In this document: positions 1-9,106 of the stretch, in pieces
Layout: every line of letters begins with the position of its first letter
Position numbering within the stretch: position 1 is the stretch's first letter
Assembly (NCBI RefSeq): GCF_018260395.1
Contig: NZ_JAGLBC010000001.1
Span: 4,301 to 68,300, forward strand
DNA length: 64,000 nucleotides
Direction: 5' to 3'
Source: Psychrobacter sp.
Lineage (GTDB): Bacteria > Pseudomonadota > Gammaproteobacteria > Pseudomonadales > Moraxellaceae
Notes under the pieces: model-generated
Databases searched by the model: none
The model's input: only the letters and a program-made list of their open reading frames with translations
Told to the model about the DNA's origin: nothing
Translations under genes and position numbers: made by a program

Positions 1-26
1 GTTTTATAGCTAAGGATGTAATTGAC

Positions 27-542
27 ATGGTGGCGACCTTAACTAGCCCGAGCTCTGTACGCTGTTACCTAGGCTTGGGAGGCAATCTGGCTAATGAACT
101 CGGTACACCTAAACAGCATATTCTAAATGCTGTGCAAGGCTTAAAGGCTCATCCGAAGGTGATAGAAGTCAATGTTTCATCACTATATGCGTCTAAACCT
201 ATGGGACCTCAAGATCAGCCTGACTTCATCAATGTAGTTGTTGAAATTGTGACCACTTTAGAGGCTCATGACTTATTAAGTTTTTGTCAATATTTAGAAC
301 AACAAGCTCAACGGGTTCGCTTACGCCGCTGGGGGGAGAGAAGTTTAGATGTTGATGTCTTATTATATGGCGATGAACAAATCGACACACCACTATTAAA
401 AGTTCCACATCCTGGTATTACTGAGCGTAACTTTGTCTTAATCCCTCTAATTGAACTAAATTCAAATGTTAAGATTAATGGCGTATCAATCACTGAACTA
501 GAACAGAGTCGAAATTGGACAGGATTAACTAAATTGTCGTAG
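27..542 (+). CDS. folK: 2-amino-4-hydroxy-6-hydroxymethyldihydropteridine pyrophosphokinase (HPPK)
   Basis: 171-aa ORF. YLGLGGNL near the N-terminus and KVPHPGITERNFVLIPL near the C-terminus are typical HPPK signatures. It directly precedes panB-panC. Confidence 0.9.
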   Translation: MVATLTSPSSVRCYLGLGGNLANELGTPKQHILNAVQGLKAHPKVIEVNVSSLYASKPMGPQDQPDFINVVVEIVTTLEAHDLLSFCQYLEQQAQRVRLRRWGERSLDVDVLLYGDEQIDTPLLKVPHPGITERNFVLIPLIELNSNVKINGVSITELEQSRNWTGLTKLS

Positions 543-603
543 TTGATGCTGTTTTTTATAGCTTTTATTGTGTCTTTAATTCCTTATTTATGGGCTGGCC
601 TAT

Positions 604-1416
604 ATGATTACTTTATCCACTTTAAAAAAATATAAAATAGACGGTCGTAAGTTTAGCTGCCTAACTTGTTATGATGCTATGTTTGCAAAAATGATGCAAA
701 ATGCAGAGGTTGATACCATTTTAATTGGTGATAGCTTAGGCATGGTGGTACAGGGACATGACTCTACTCTACCGGTGACTGTCGATGATATGGTATATCA
801 TACCGCAAACGTGGCACGTAGCAACAAGCATGCATTAATTTTGGCTGATTTACCTTTTATGAGCTATGTCACGCTTGAAGACAGCATTATTAATGCCAGA
901 AGAATTATGCAAGCTGGTGCGCAGGTCGTTAAGTTAGAAGGTGGCGCCGAGCTTTCAGATAAGGTAGCAGCTTTGACAGCAGCAGGGGCACCAGTTTGTG
1001 TTCATTTAGGCTTAACGCCACAATCTGTCAACGTGTTTGGTGGCTACAAAGTACAAGGTAAAACAGAAGATAGTGCTGCTAAATTATTGACTGATGTCAA
1101 GGCAGTGATAAAAGCTGGAGCAGCTATAATTTTACTTGAGTGTGTACCGGCTTCACTGGCAAAGCAAGTTACTGAATCAGTAACTGTGCCTGTCATTGGT
1201 ATAGGGGCGGGTGCGGACACAGATGGTCAAGTATTGGTGATGCATGACATGTTAGGAGTAACTCAAGGTAGAGTGGCACGCTTTGTTCATGATTTCTTAA
1301 CCGATGAGCGAAACCAAAAAAGTAACTATGCAGGTAGTGTTGAAGGTGCTTTTGCCTTATTTCATAACTCAGTCATAGAAGGCAGTTATCCTCAACCTGA
1401 GCATCAATTTAATTAG
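604..1416 (+). CDS. panB: 3-methyl-2-oxobutanoate hydroxymethyltransferase
   Basis: 270 aa. GDSLGMVVQGHDSTLPVTVDDMVYHT and ADLPFMSY align closely with E. coli PanB as I remember it. Confidence 0.95.
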   Translation: MITLSTLKKYKIDGRKFSCLTCYDAMFAKMMQNAEVDTILIGDSLGMVVQGHDSTLPVTVDDMVYHTANVARSNKHALILADLPFMSYVTLEDSIINARRIMQAGAQVVKLEGGAELSDKVAALTAAGAPVCVHLGLTPQSVNVFGGYKVQGKTEDSAAKLLTDVKAVIKAGAAIILLECVPASLAKQVTESVTVPVIGIGAGADTDGQVLVMHDMLGVTQGRVARFVHDFLTDERNQKSNYAGSVEGAFALFHNSVIEGSYPQPEHQFN

Positions 1417-1469
1417 TTTTTAAATTTTATTCGCCATATTGATTTTGATCGTATTATTTGGATAAATGA

Positions 1470-2336
1470 ATGACGACCACTTTTGACTCAATAAAAACAT
1501 TGCGTGATGCGCTTAAACCATTAAGAGCAAATAAAAAGATAGCTTTAGTGCCAACTATGGGTAATTTGCATGAGGGTCATATCTCTTTAGTCAAATTGGC
1601 CAAACAACATGCCGATATAGTGGTAGTAAGTATCTTTGTTAATCCAACTCAGTTTGGAGTAGGTGAAGATTTAGACAGTTATCCAAGAACTTTAAAAGCC
1701 GATACTGAAATGTTGAAGGACGCTGAAGCGGACTATGTATTTGCTCCTTATGTAGAGGATATGTATCCCGTTATGCCACCTCCTACTCAAGTTTTAGCAG
1801 GTAATATCAGTCAAATACTATGTGGTAAATCACGACCCACTCACTTTGATGGTGTGGGTATTGTTGTAACCAAATTGTTTAATATCGTCCAGCCTGATGT
1901 GGCAATATTTGGCAAAAAGGACTATCAGCAATTGGCTATTATTAAGCAGTTGGTCCGAGATTTAAGCTTTGACATAGAGATTATTGGCGGCCCGATTGTT
2001 AGAGCCGCAGATGGTTTAGCGTTATCTTCACGCAATCAATATTTAACCCCAATGGAGCGTGCGATAGCGCCACAACTAAATATAGCTTTACACAGATTAG
2101 CTATCAAGTTACAAAGTGGGGCGGTCAAAAGTATAGAAGCCCTACAAGTTCTAATTCATGATAGTATCAAGGCCATTAATGCCTTGGGTTTTAAGATAGA
2201 TTATTTAGAAGTTAAAAATCAGGATTTAACGCCTATAACTAAATTTAGTGGTCATCAAACTTGGATCATAGCGGTAGCGGCTTGGTTCGGTAAAGCACGA
2301 TTATTAGACAACGTAGAGGTTGAAGTGCAGTATTGA
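1470..2336 (+). CDS. panC: pantoate--beta-alanine ligase
   Basis: 288 aa. PTMGNLHEGHISLV (HxGH nucleotidyltransferase motif) and FGKKDYQQ are present. It follows panB. Confidence 0.95.
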   Translation: MTTTFDSIKTLRDALKPLRANKKIALVPTMGNLHEGHISLVKLAKQHADIVVVSIFVNPTQFGVGEDLDSYPRTLKADTEMLKDAEADYVFAPYVEDMYPVMPPPTQVLAGNISQILCGKSRPTHFDGVGIVVTKLFNIVQPDVAIFGKKDYQQLAIIKQLVRDLSFDIEIIGGPIVRAADGLALSSRNQYLTPMERAIAPQLNIALHRLAIKLQSGAVKSIEALQVLIHDSIKAINALGFKIDYLEVKNQDLTPITKFSGHQTWIIAVAAWFGKARLLDNVEVEVQY

Positions 2337-2498
2337 CGCCTCAAATTTAAAAATATGATTTATTGGTAAAGAGTGGCGAAGTTGGTTTGTAATTCTTAAG
2401 TGTGGTATGTGGTATTGAGGAACAACGACAAAGAGCAGCAATAATGTTTTTCCGTTAACAATATTATTAGTATCTAAAAAAACTGGGGAGTTTACCAT

Positions 2499-3479
2499 AT
2501 GTCTGCTATGCAGTCAGAAGTTGAGACAGGACAAAGCCCAATCGCTAAACCGTCATCTGTAGAAGCACAAGCACATTTAGAAAAGCGGACACCCGTAGAA
2601 GTGCTGATTGTTTCAGGACGATCAGGTTCTGGTAAAACCTCGGTTTTAAATATTTTGGAAGATTTAGGTTATTACGTTATTGATAATATGCCTTTATCTT
2701 TGTTACCTGATGCGGCTGAAAAGCTGTCAAATGCGGGTGGTATTGATAAATTGGCGCTAGGTGTAGACATTCGCACGCTTCAAGCAGATTCAGCTAACTT
2801 TACTAGTATTTATGAGAAGTTAATTACCTCCTATGGCATCGATAGCGTTAAGATTCTCTATGTTACTGCTCAAGAGCCTGTTTTAGTAGCCCGCTTTGCT
2901 GCTACTCGCCGAGTGCATCCACTGATGGCTATACCGAGTTATGATGTCAAAAACTTACCCAGTGCTATTAAAAAAGAGACAGAAGCACTGCAACCTATTT
3001 ATAGTAAAGCAGATATCACCATTGATACCAGTACCCTTAATATTCATCAGCTAAAAGAGCGAGTCCGAGAATACATTGGTGCTGATAATAAAATTACTGT
3101 GAACTTTCTTTCGTTTGGGTTCAAATACGGTATACCTATTGATGCCGATTTTGTATTTGATGTGCGTATTTTGCCCAATCCACATTGGAATCCTGAGTTA
3201 AGAGTTAAATCGGGCAAAGATAAAGAAGTGGCTGATTTTTTTGCAGAATTTCCAGAAGTGGCAGAAATGCAGCAAAATATCTATCAATTTTTAAATCGTT
3301 GGCTACCTGAATTTTTACACAATAATCGGCATACTGTTACTGTGGCTATCGGTTGTACCGGCGGAAAGCATCGCTCAGTTTATATTACCGAGAAATTGTA
3401 TACGCAATTGTCTCAAAGCTTACCTACTGAATTAAAGACAACGATTAAACACCGAGAAAAATTGCATTGGGGGCACTAA
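2499..3479 (+). CDS. rapZ: RNase adapter / nucleotide-binding protein RapZ (YhbJ family)
   Basis: 326 aa. Has the Walker A motif GRSGSGKT and the C-terminal GCTGGKHRSV motif typical of RapZ. Confidence 0.88.
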   Translation: MSAMQSEVETGQSPIAKPSSVEAQAHLEKRTPVEVLIVSGRSGSGKTSVLNILEDLGYYVIDNMPLSLLPDAAEKLSNAGGIDKLALGVDIRTLQADSANFTSIYEKLITSYGIDSVKILYVTAQEPVLVARFAATRRVHPLMAIPSYDVKNLPSAIKKETEALQPIYSKADITIDTSTLNIHQLKERVREYIGADNKITVNFLSFGFKYGIPIDADFVFDVRILPNPHWNPELRVKSGKDKEVADFFAEFPEVAEMQQNIYQFLNRWLPEFLHNNRHTVTVAIGCTGGKHRSVYITEKLYTQLSQSLPTELKTTIKHREKLHWGH

Positions 3480-3557
3480 AAGTTTTAATGTCACGACAGT
3501 TCATCCCTTTACGTTATTTAGCAATGCTATTATATTTACCATTTATTTGAGAGTTTT

Positions 3558-4067
3558 ATGATTGACTGGTCCGAACATGACATGCGAGTTTCTCGTACTG
3601 AATTAAAAAAAGCACATGAACGTTTACAACTATTGTCTGTACCTTTATCGGCTTTGTCCAAAAAACAGATGAAAAATCTACCAGCATCTGAGTATTTTTT
3701 AGCTGAATTGATGACTTTATCAGACATTTCTAGCGCAGCGGCACGTAACCGTCAAATCAAGCGAGTGGGCAAACTCATTGCCGAAGAAAATCGTCACGCA
3801 TTGGTAAATAATCTGTTTCAAATTCACTTTAGCAAAGAGCAGGCAGTAAAGATTGAAGGGTGGTATGGGCGCTTAAATATCAATGATGAGGGTACTTTAA
3901 AACAGTTCTGTAAGCAGTTCAAAGCCGCTGAGCGCAATAGTTTGTTTCAATTATTGTTATGGATTGAGTACGCCAGGCATATGAGCGACGATGAGCTGTT
4001 ACAAGAGTCTGAAAATGATCTATTAAGCTATATCAAAGAAGTGGCTATCTTAAGTCAATTGGATTAG
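3558..4067 (+). CDS. yjgA: DUF615 / YjgA (DarP) family ribosome-associated protein
   Basis: 169 aa. SRTELKKAHERL and RNRQIKRVGKLI segments parallel E. coli YjgA (SKSEIKRDAEELKRL, RRRQLQLIGKML). Confidence 0.7.
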   Translation: MIDWSEHDMRVSRTELKKAHERLQLLSVPLSALSKKQMKNLPASEYFLAELMTLSDISSAAARNRQIKRVGKLIAEENRHALVNNLFQIHFSKEQAVKIEGWYGRLNINDEGTLKQFCKQFKAAERNSLFQLLLWIEYARHMSDDELLQESENDLLSYIKEVAILSQLD

Positions 4068-4179
4068 GCTTAGCTAGATGAAGGTCTAGTTCGATTGATG
4101 ATATGTTAGATTGAAGATATGTTAGATTTAATATTAGTCAATGGATAGTTAACTGGCCAATTGAATGCTCAATTACACC

Positions 4180-4491
4180 TTAAATATCAACGAGTGAGAT
4201 TACATCATAAGCAGGCGTTTCGTAAGGGTGCGCCTTCTCTAATGCAATTACCACTTCATTTAGTTTATCTTTAGCCACTACCATTTCTACCCGCCACTCA
4301 TTCACCTCTTCGATGATGTTTTGTTGACCAATGTGGGGGTGACTGCCAGCAAGAGGCATAAATTGTCCAACTCCTTTGACTTGCCAACAACAATGTGAAT
4401 AGTTACCAATATGACCAGCGCCTGCTACAAACAAGGCTTCTTTTACTTTTTCTAAGTCAGTGTCTGGAATAAATACTGTTAATTTATACAT
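4180..4491 (-). CDS. small NIF3/YqfO C-terminal-domain-like protein
   Basis: 103 aa. The pattern FIP..L..V..A...AGAG.IGNY..C.....G.G.F.P..G..P..G resembles the stand-alone roughly 100-aa NIF3-related family. Function is unknown. Confidence 0.5.
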   Translation of the reverse strand: MYKLTVFIPDTDLEKVKEALFVAGAGHIGNYSHCCWQVKGVGQFMPLAGSHPHIGQQNIIEEVNEWRVEMVVAKDKLNEVVIALEKAHPYETPAYDVISLVDI

Positions 4492-4552
4492 TACAGTTAG
4501 CCTTGTCGTCGATTAAAAATACAATTAAAACCTAACTAGATTTAATGCCAAT

Positions 4553-4589
4553 AAAAAGGCTGACTATGATTTAATCATAATCAGCTTTT
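4553..4589 (-). terminator. rho-independent terminator downstream of purC (bidirectional shape)
   Basis: Hairpin gctgactatgat / atcataatcagc (11 of 12 bp, 3-nt loop) flanked by an A-run on one side and a T-run on the other. Confidence 0.6.
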
Positions 4590-4646
4590 AATGAGGGAAA
4601 TTATAAATCTTTTTTATGAATTAGGCTTTATTTAGCGGGATAAAAT

Positions 4647-5369
4647 TTAACGGGATAAAGGAATACCAATACGCTGAGCCACTTCTTCATAGGATTCAAT
4701 CACATCGCCTAAACTTTGACGAAAACGATCTTTGTCCAATTTTTTCTTAGTTTCTTTGTCCCAAATGCGACAACCATCTGGTGAAAACTCATCGCCAAGT
4801 ACGATACGGTTTTGGAAAACGCCAAATTCAAGTTTGAAATCAACCAACATTAGACCGCCTGCGTCGAATATCTCTTTTAAAACGTCGTTAACTTTGAAAG
4901 TTAATTCTTTCATTTTTTCTAATTGTTCAGGAGTTGCCCACCCAAGTGACACTGATAAAGACTCATTTACCATGGGATCACCTAGAGCATCGTCTTTAAA
5001 GAAAAGCTCATAAGTTGGAGGTGTTAATGGCTGTCCTTCTTCTAAGCCAAGTCTGCGTACTAAGCTACCTGCAGCGAAGTTACGAACCACACACTCAACT
5101 GGAATCATCTTTAAACGCTTAACCAATACTTCATCGTCAGTAAGCTGCTTTTCAAAGTGAGTTTCAATACCAGCTTCCTCAAGCTTTTGCATGATAAAAG
5201 CGTTGAAACCGTTATTTACCTGACCCTTACGACCTAATTGTTCGATACGTTCGCCATTAAAAGCAGAGGTATCATCACGAAAATGAAGGATTAAATAATC
5301 TGAATTCTCTGTTTCATAGACAGATTTAGCTTTGCCTTTGTAAAGCAGGTCTTGTTTTTGGAGCTGCAT
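4647..5369 (-). CDS. purC: phosphoribosylaminoimidazole-succinocarboxamide (SAICAR) synthase
   Basis: 240 aa. [10 protein letters not shown], the LVDFKLEFG core and DKDRFR are typical PurC motifs. Confidence 0.95.
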   Translation of the reverse strand: MQLQKQDLLYKGKAKSVYETENSDYLILHFRDDTSAFNGERIEQLGRKGQVNNGFNAFIMQKLEEAGIETHFEKQLTDDEVLVKRLKMIPVECVVRNFAAGSLVRRLGLEEGQPLTPPTYELFFKDDALGDPMVNESLSVSLGWATPEQLEKMKELTFKVNDVLKEIFDAGGLMLVDFKLEFGVFQNRIVLGDEFSPDGCRIWDKETKKKLDKDRFRQSLGDVIESYEEVAQRIGIPLSR

Positions 5370-5483
5370 GATTTAAGTCCTATGCATAGAGTTTACTGAG
5401 TGGTGGTATCAGTACAAAAAATAAGGATAAAAGCGTAAAGTGACAACATTAAAAGTGACGAAATTAAAAGTGAAAGCCAACGC

Positions 5484-5834
5484 TTATTCGCTGGCTTTAT
5501 TGTTTGTAGACACTTGACGATAAGGCGGTGGTAACTCAAAACGCTTGCCTGAGTCATTTTTGATTTCAAGGGTATTTACACCCACTGCAGGAGTAGGGTA
5601 AAAAGGGATAAAAGGTGCAGTGTCTTGGTCAGCTGGTAATTTGATAGGATCAAGTTTTTTAGCTTTTTGATAGGCTAAACTACCATCATTAATATTACCA
5701 AACACACCTTTAGTAGCTTGGCATCCCGATAAAAAACCAAAACTGCTAGCGCCAATAATAACCACTTGCATGACTGTACGTAATCTAGTCGAGAGTGACG
5801 GTTGTGAATTATTCGAAAATTGAATATGGTGCAT
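5484..5834 (-). CDS. small lipoprotein in the bamC (nlpB) position, possible minimal BamC
   Basis: 116 aa. Lipobox LSGC follows a hydrophobic h-region. It lies between dapA and purC exactly where E. coli has bamC. An alternative start at 5771 (MQVVIIG) is possible. Confidence 0.6.
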   Translation of the reverse strand: MHHIQFSNNSQPSLSTRLRTVMQVVIIGASSFGFLSGCQATKGVFGNINDGSLAYQKAKKLDPIKLPADQDTAPFIPFYPTPAVGVNTLEIKNDSGKRFELPPPYRQVSTNNKASE

Positions 5835-5889
5835 GAGTTATCCTATGTTAGCAGTATAAACGCTAAGAGAAACTTCTCAACGTTAAACC

Positions 5890-6033
5890 GCTATTATTCA
5901 TAAATACTATTAGCCAAAAAGTACTATTAATTAAAAAACTATTGGTCAAATACTATTGCTCAAAAACTACTACTACTCACAAACTACTATTATTCCAAAA
6001 CTACTATTATTCCAAAACTACTATTATTCAAAT
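5890..6033. repeat. about 9 tandem copies of a decaying 15-17 bp repeat (AACTACTATTATTCCAA)
   Basis: Two perfect copies plus one near-perfect copy lie at 5981-6033. Units become progressively more diverged towards 5890. The array lies between the dapA stop and the lipoprotein start. Confidence 0.85.
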
Positions 6034-6075
6034 GAATGCCAGTATGAAATCAAAGTTTTAAACAAACCGTATGGT

Positions 6076-6984
6076 CTAAACTATTAAACCTGCACTACGT
6101 AAGCCAACATCTACCTGGCTATGGTATTTCTCATCTAACCAAACCATCGGTAAACGAATGCCTTTGTCAATTTTACCCATTCTATGCAGAGCATACTTTA
6201 CTGGAATGGGGCTCGATTCAACAAACATCAAACCATGCAGATGTTTAATAGAATCGTGAGCTGTCTTAGCCGCCTCAAAGTCGCCCTTTAACGCCGCATT
6301 AAATACTTCACTCATAGCTTTAGGTACTATGTTTGCAGTCACTGAAATATTGCCTTTAGCGCCATAATTCATAAGTTCTAGAGCGGTACCATCGTCACCT
6401 GACAATACCACAATACGGTCGCCCAAAGCTTCAATAAGCAACTTGCCACGTTTAACAGAACCTGTCGCATCTTTAATAGCAACAATATTATCAATGTCAG
6501 CTAGGCGTTCCACCGTAGCTTGAGCAATATCTACTATCGTACGTCCAGGCACATTATAAAGCATTTGTGGCATATCTACAGCTTCAGCAATCGCTTTATA
6601 GTGTTGATATAGACCTTCTTGAGTCGGCTTATTGTAATAAGGAGCTACCAATAGGGCACAATCGGCCCCTGCTTCTTTAGCTTCTGAAGTTAAATGTATG
6701 GCTTCTTTAGTATTGTTGGCGCCAGTTCCAGCAATTACCGGAATACGTCCATCAACATGCTTTACAAAAAAGCGAATCACATCACTGTGTTCTTTCATTG
6801 ATAAAGTAGCAGACTCACCTGTGGTACCTACTGCAATTAGACAATCTGTACCTTGTTCGATTTGCCAGTCAATTAAGTTCGCCAGACGTGGGTAATCTAC
6901 ATCACCATTGGCCAACATAGGAGTGACTAAGGCAACCATTGAGCCTTGAAGTTTGGATTTAAATTCAGAATAATGATTACTCAT
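6076..6984 (-). CDS. dapA: 4-hydroxy-tetrahydrodipicolinate synthase
   Basis: 302 aa. VGTTGESATLS, VAPYYNKPTQEGLYQHY and YNVPGRT are present. Confidence 0.95.
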   Translation of the reverse strand: MSNHYSEFKSKLQGSMVALVTPMLANGDVDYPRLANLIDWQIEQGTDCLIAVGTTGESATLSMKEHSDVIRFFVKHVDGRIPVIAGTGANNTKEAIHLTSEAKEAGADCALLVAPYYNKPTQEGLYQHYKAIAEAVDMPQMLYNVPGRTIVDIAQATVERLADIDNIVAIKDATGSVKRGKLLIEALGDRIVVLSGDDGTALELMNYGAKGNISVTANIVPKAMSEVFNAALKGDFEAAKTAHDSIKHLHGLMFVESSPIPVKYALHRMGKIDKGIRLPMVWLDEKYHSQVDVGLRSAGLIV

Positions 6985-7503
6985 AATATTGCCTTGTTAT
7001 TTTTAACATAAGATATTACAACATATTAGGGTGTAAATTTGTTTTCAAAAATCAATTAGAGCAGGTTTGATAAACTTAACGGCTATCATAACAAGTGCGT
7101 ATTTCTATGCAAGGGGGATTTTACTTGAAACTACGTCATTCGATGCGAGTAAGCCACTCAAACATTGGTTAATAATCTTAGTTTTAGTCAACTACATTAA
7201 CCTATCAACTTAAGCATTAAAATTTTCAAGTGCCTAGTCTAAATATTGCAATTATTTTAGCACATTCACCCTTACGCAATCATTAAGCTATTTTACGTCT
7301 AATTGAGCCCATGTGATACCACACTTTTGCTAAAAATAATAATAAATGTGAGTCTACCTCTTAGCTATATTTTATACCTTCTCTTACAACTCGATAATCA
7401 CTTCTTACAAACATAAGTTTCAGATACTCGTGGAGTATGGTTTAATTAAAATACTTAAAATAAAGGTATAAATAGCAATAACACTTTTAATGGATTAAAT
7501 AAT

Positions 7504-8784
7504 ATGAGTAATAAAAGCACAATTGAGACAGAACGCAAATATGGGATTGTGTTATTTGGTGCCACAAGTTTTGTTGGTCAATTGGTAGCCGCGTATCTGC
7601 ATACATTCTTAAATGGCGATTTGAAAGAAGCGAAACAAAAGAATAATTCTGAGTCTTTGAGTTGGGCCATTGCAGGTCGTAACGAAAACAAGCTAAATCA
7701 ATTAAAAAAAGATTTGGGCAATTTAGAGTTATCAATAATTATAGCAGATATCGAAGATGCAGATAGCTTGCAAAACTTGGCCGCGCAGGCACAGGTTATC
7801 ATCTCTACAGTTGGGCCTTATTTGAAATACGGTGAACCGTTGATTAAAGCGTGTGCTGAGACGGGTACAGATTATGTCGATTTAACCGGTGAAGCTATCT
7901 TCATTAAAGATATGTTGGATAAATACCAGCAATCTGCTAAAGAATCAGGCGCTCGTATTATTAACTCTTGCGGCTTTGATTCTTTGCCTTCTGATTTAGG
8001 CGTATTATTTACTCAACAATGTGCACAAAAAAAGTATGATGAGTATTGTGACACTATCAACATGCGAGTTAAAGCTGCCAAAGGCGGATTGTCAGGTGGC
8101 ACGGTATCTTCAATGGCTACTATTTTTGAAGAAATAGGCAAGAATAAATCATTACGTAAACAGCTGTCTAACCCTTATCTGCTAAACGATGACAAAAATC
8201 GTCCTGATGTTCGTCAAGACAACGTCGTGATGCCGCAATGGGATGAAAAAAACCAGCGTTGGGTAGCACCGTTTATTATGGCGTCTATAAATACTCGTAT
8301 TGTGCATCGTTCGAATCAGTTACGTGATTATGAATATGGTCATGATTTTAAATACGATGAAGCCATATGGTTACCTGCAGGTCTAAAAGGTCGAATATTG
8401 AGTTATGGTATGACGATGGGTATCGCAGGTTTTGCAGCTACCATGATGTTCAAGCCGACTCGTGACTTGTTAAATGATCACGTATTGCCGAAGCCTGGCG
8501 ACGGTCCTGCAAAAAAGGAGCGTGATAATGGTTATTTTGATCTGCGTTTTTTTGGAAAGACCAAGAACAAACATCAAGTTTTAACCAAAGTTACTGGCGA
8601 TAAAGATCCTGGTTATGGAAGTACTTGTCAGATGTTGGCACAAAGTGCGTTGTGTCTACTTTTAGACATCAGTAAAGATGACATTGCAGGTGGATTCTGG
8701 ACGCCAGCTGCTGCCATGGGAGAACCTCTTATCACGCGTTTAGAACAGTATGCTGGTATTAATTTTGTTGATTTAAGCGCTTAG
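7504..8784 (+). CDS. saccharopine dehydrogenase family / trans-acting enoyl reductase-like oxidoreductase
   Basis: 426 aa. N-terminal Rossmann motif VLFGATSFVGQ, then VGPYLKYGEPLIKAC and the DLTGE pattern of the saccharopine dehydrogenase NADP-binding family. Confidence 0.75.
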   Translation: MSNKSTIETERKYGIVLFGATSFVGQLVAAYLHTFLNGDLKEAKQKNNSESLSWAIAGRNENKLNQLKKDLGNLELSIIIADIEDADSLQNLAAQAQVIISTVGPYLKYGEPLIKACAETGTDYVDLTGEAIFIKDMLDKYQQSAKESGARIINSCGFDSLPSDLGVLFTQQCAQKKYDEYCDTINMRVKAAKGGLSGGTVSSMATIFEEIGKNKSLRKQLSNPYLLNDDKNRPDVRQDNVVMPQWDEKNQRWVAPFIMASINTRIVHRSNQLRDYEYGHDFKYDEAIWLPAGLKGRILSYGMTMGIAGFAATMMFKPTRDLLNDHVLPKPGDGPAKKERDNGYFDLRFFGKTKNKHQVLTKVTGDKDPGYGSTCQMLAQSALCLLLDISKDDIAGGFWTPAAAMGEPLITRLEQYAGINFVDLSA

Positions 8785-8844
8785 TTTAGATCGTGCTTAA
8801 GAGATTTTAATTTATAACTTACTATGCCCAATTCAAAAATAAAA

Positions 8845-8875
8845 AAGGACAGCTAAAAATAGCTGTCCTTTTTTA
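8845..8875 (+). terminator. rho-independent terminator
   Basis: aaggacagct-aaaaat-agctgtcctt followed by a T-run. Confidence 0.8.
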
Positions 8876-8910
8876 TGTTCTAACAGGCTCAAAACCAATC
8901 GAAATAAACT

Positions 8911-9083
8911 TAGGGCGTGTCCCTATTTGCAAATTAAATAAGTTATGGTCTAAAAATGGCTATATTTTCGCCAAACTGTGTCTAATTTCTAGCTAATATG
9001 CCTATATTATCTTCGAAATTATTCGTGTTTGACAAAAATCTATCTCATTTTTAGCCTCATAATCCAAATAGGAACACGCCCTA
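8911..9083. mobile_element. MITE-like non-autonomous element with terminal inverted repeats
   Basis: Left end TAGGGCGTGTCCCTATTTG (8911-8929) and right end CAAATAGGAACACGCCCTA (9065-9083) are reverse complements with 1 mismatch in 19. The roughly 135-bp AT-rich core has no ORF. A flanking TA (or YTAR) could be the target duplication. Confidence 0.6.
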
Positions 9084-9106
9084 GTCAATTCTAACTTGAA
9101 TAATGC

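Noticed and set aside
4100-4128. Short tandem duplications with a 16-28 bp period: gatatgttagatt x2 at 4100-4128, gacaatcaattccaa x2 at 14539-14569, and aaaccaataaataaccaa x2 at 13152-13197.
   Set aside because: Each is only two copies in AT-rich convergent or terminator-proximal spacers. They look like slippage debris, which appears common in this genome, and I see no positional link to promoters.
5890-6033. Tandem repeats, considered as a possible CRISPR array.
   Set aside because: The units are contiguous at about 16 bp with no unique spacers, are AT-rich and non-palindromic, and no cas genes are present. This is a simple tandem repeat.
6985-7200. dapA upstream region, examined for a lysine (L-box) riboswitch.
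   Set aside because: The region is AT-rich with no GC-rich multi-helix junction and no recognisable L-box core.
7487-7735. 82-aa minus-strand ORF overlapping the start of the saccharopine-dehydrogenase-family gene.
   Set aside because: It is antisense to a well-supported gene and AT-rich upstream DNA, and has no motif. The same reasoning applies to the other antisense or overlapping ORFs in the track, for example 40491-40721, 44747-44938, 60354-60578, the ORFs inside fadB, both IDH genes and glyA.
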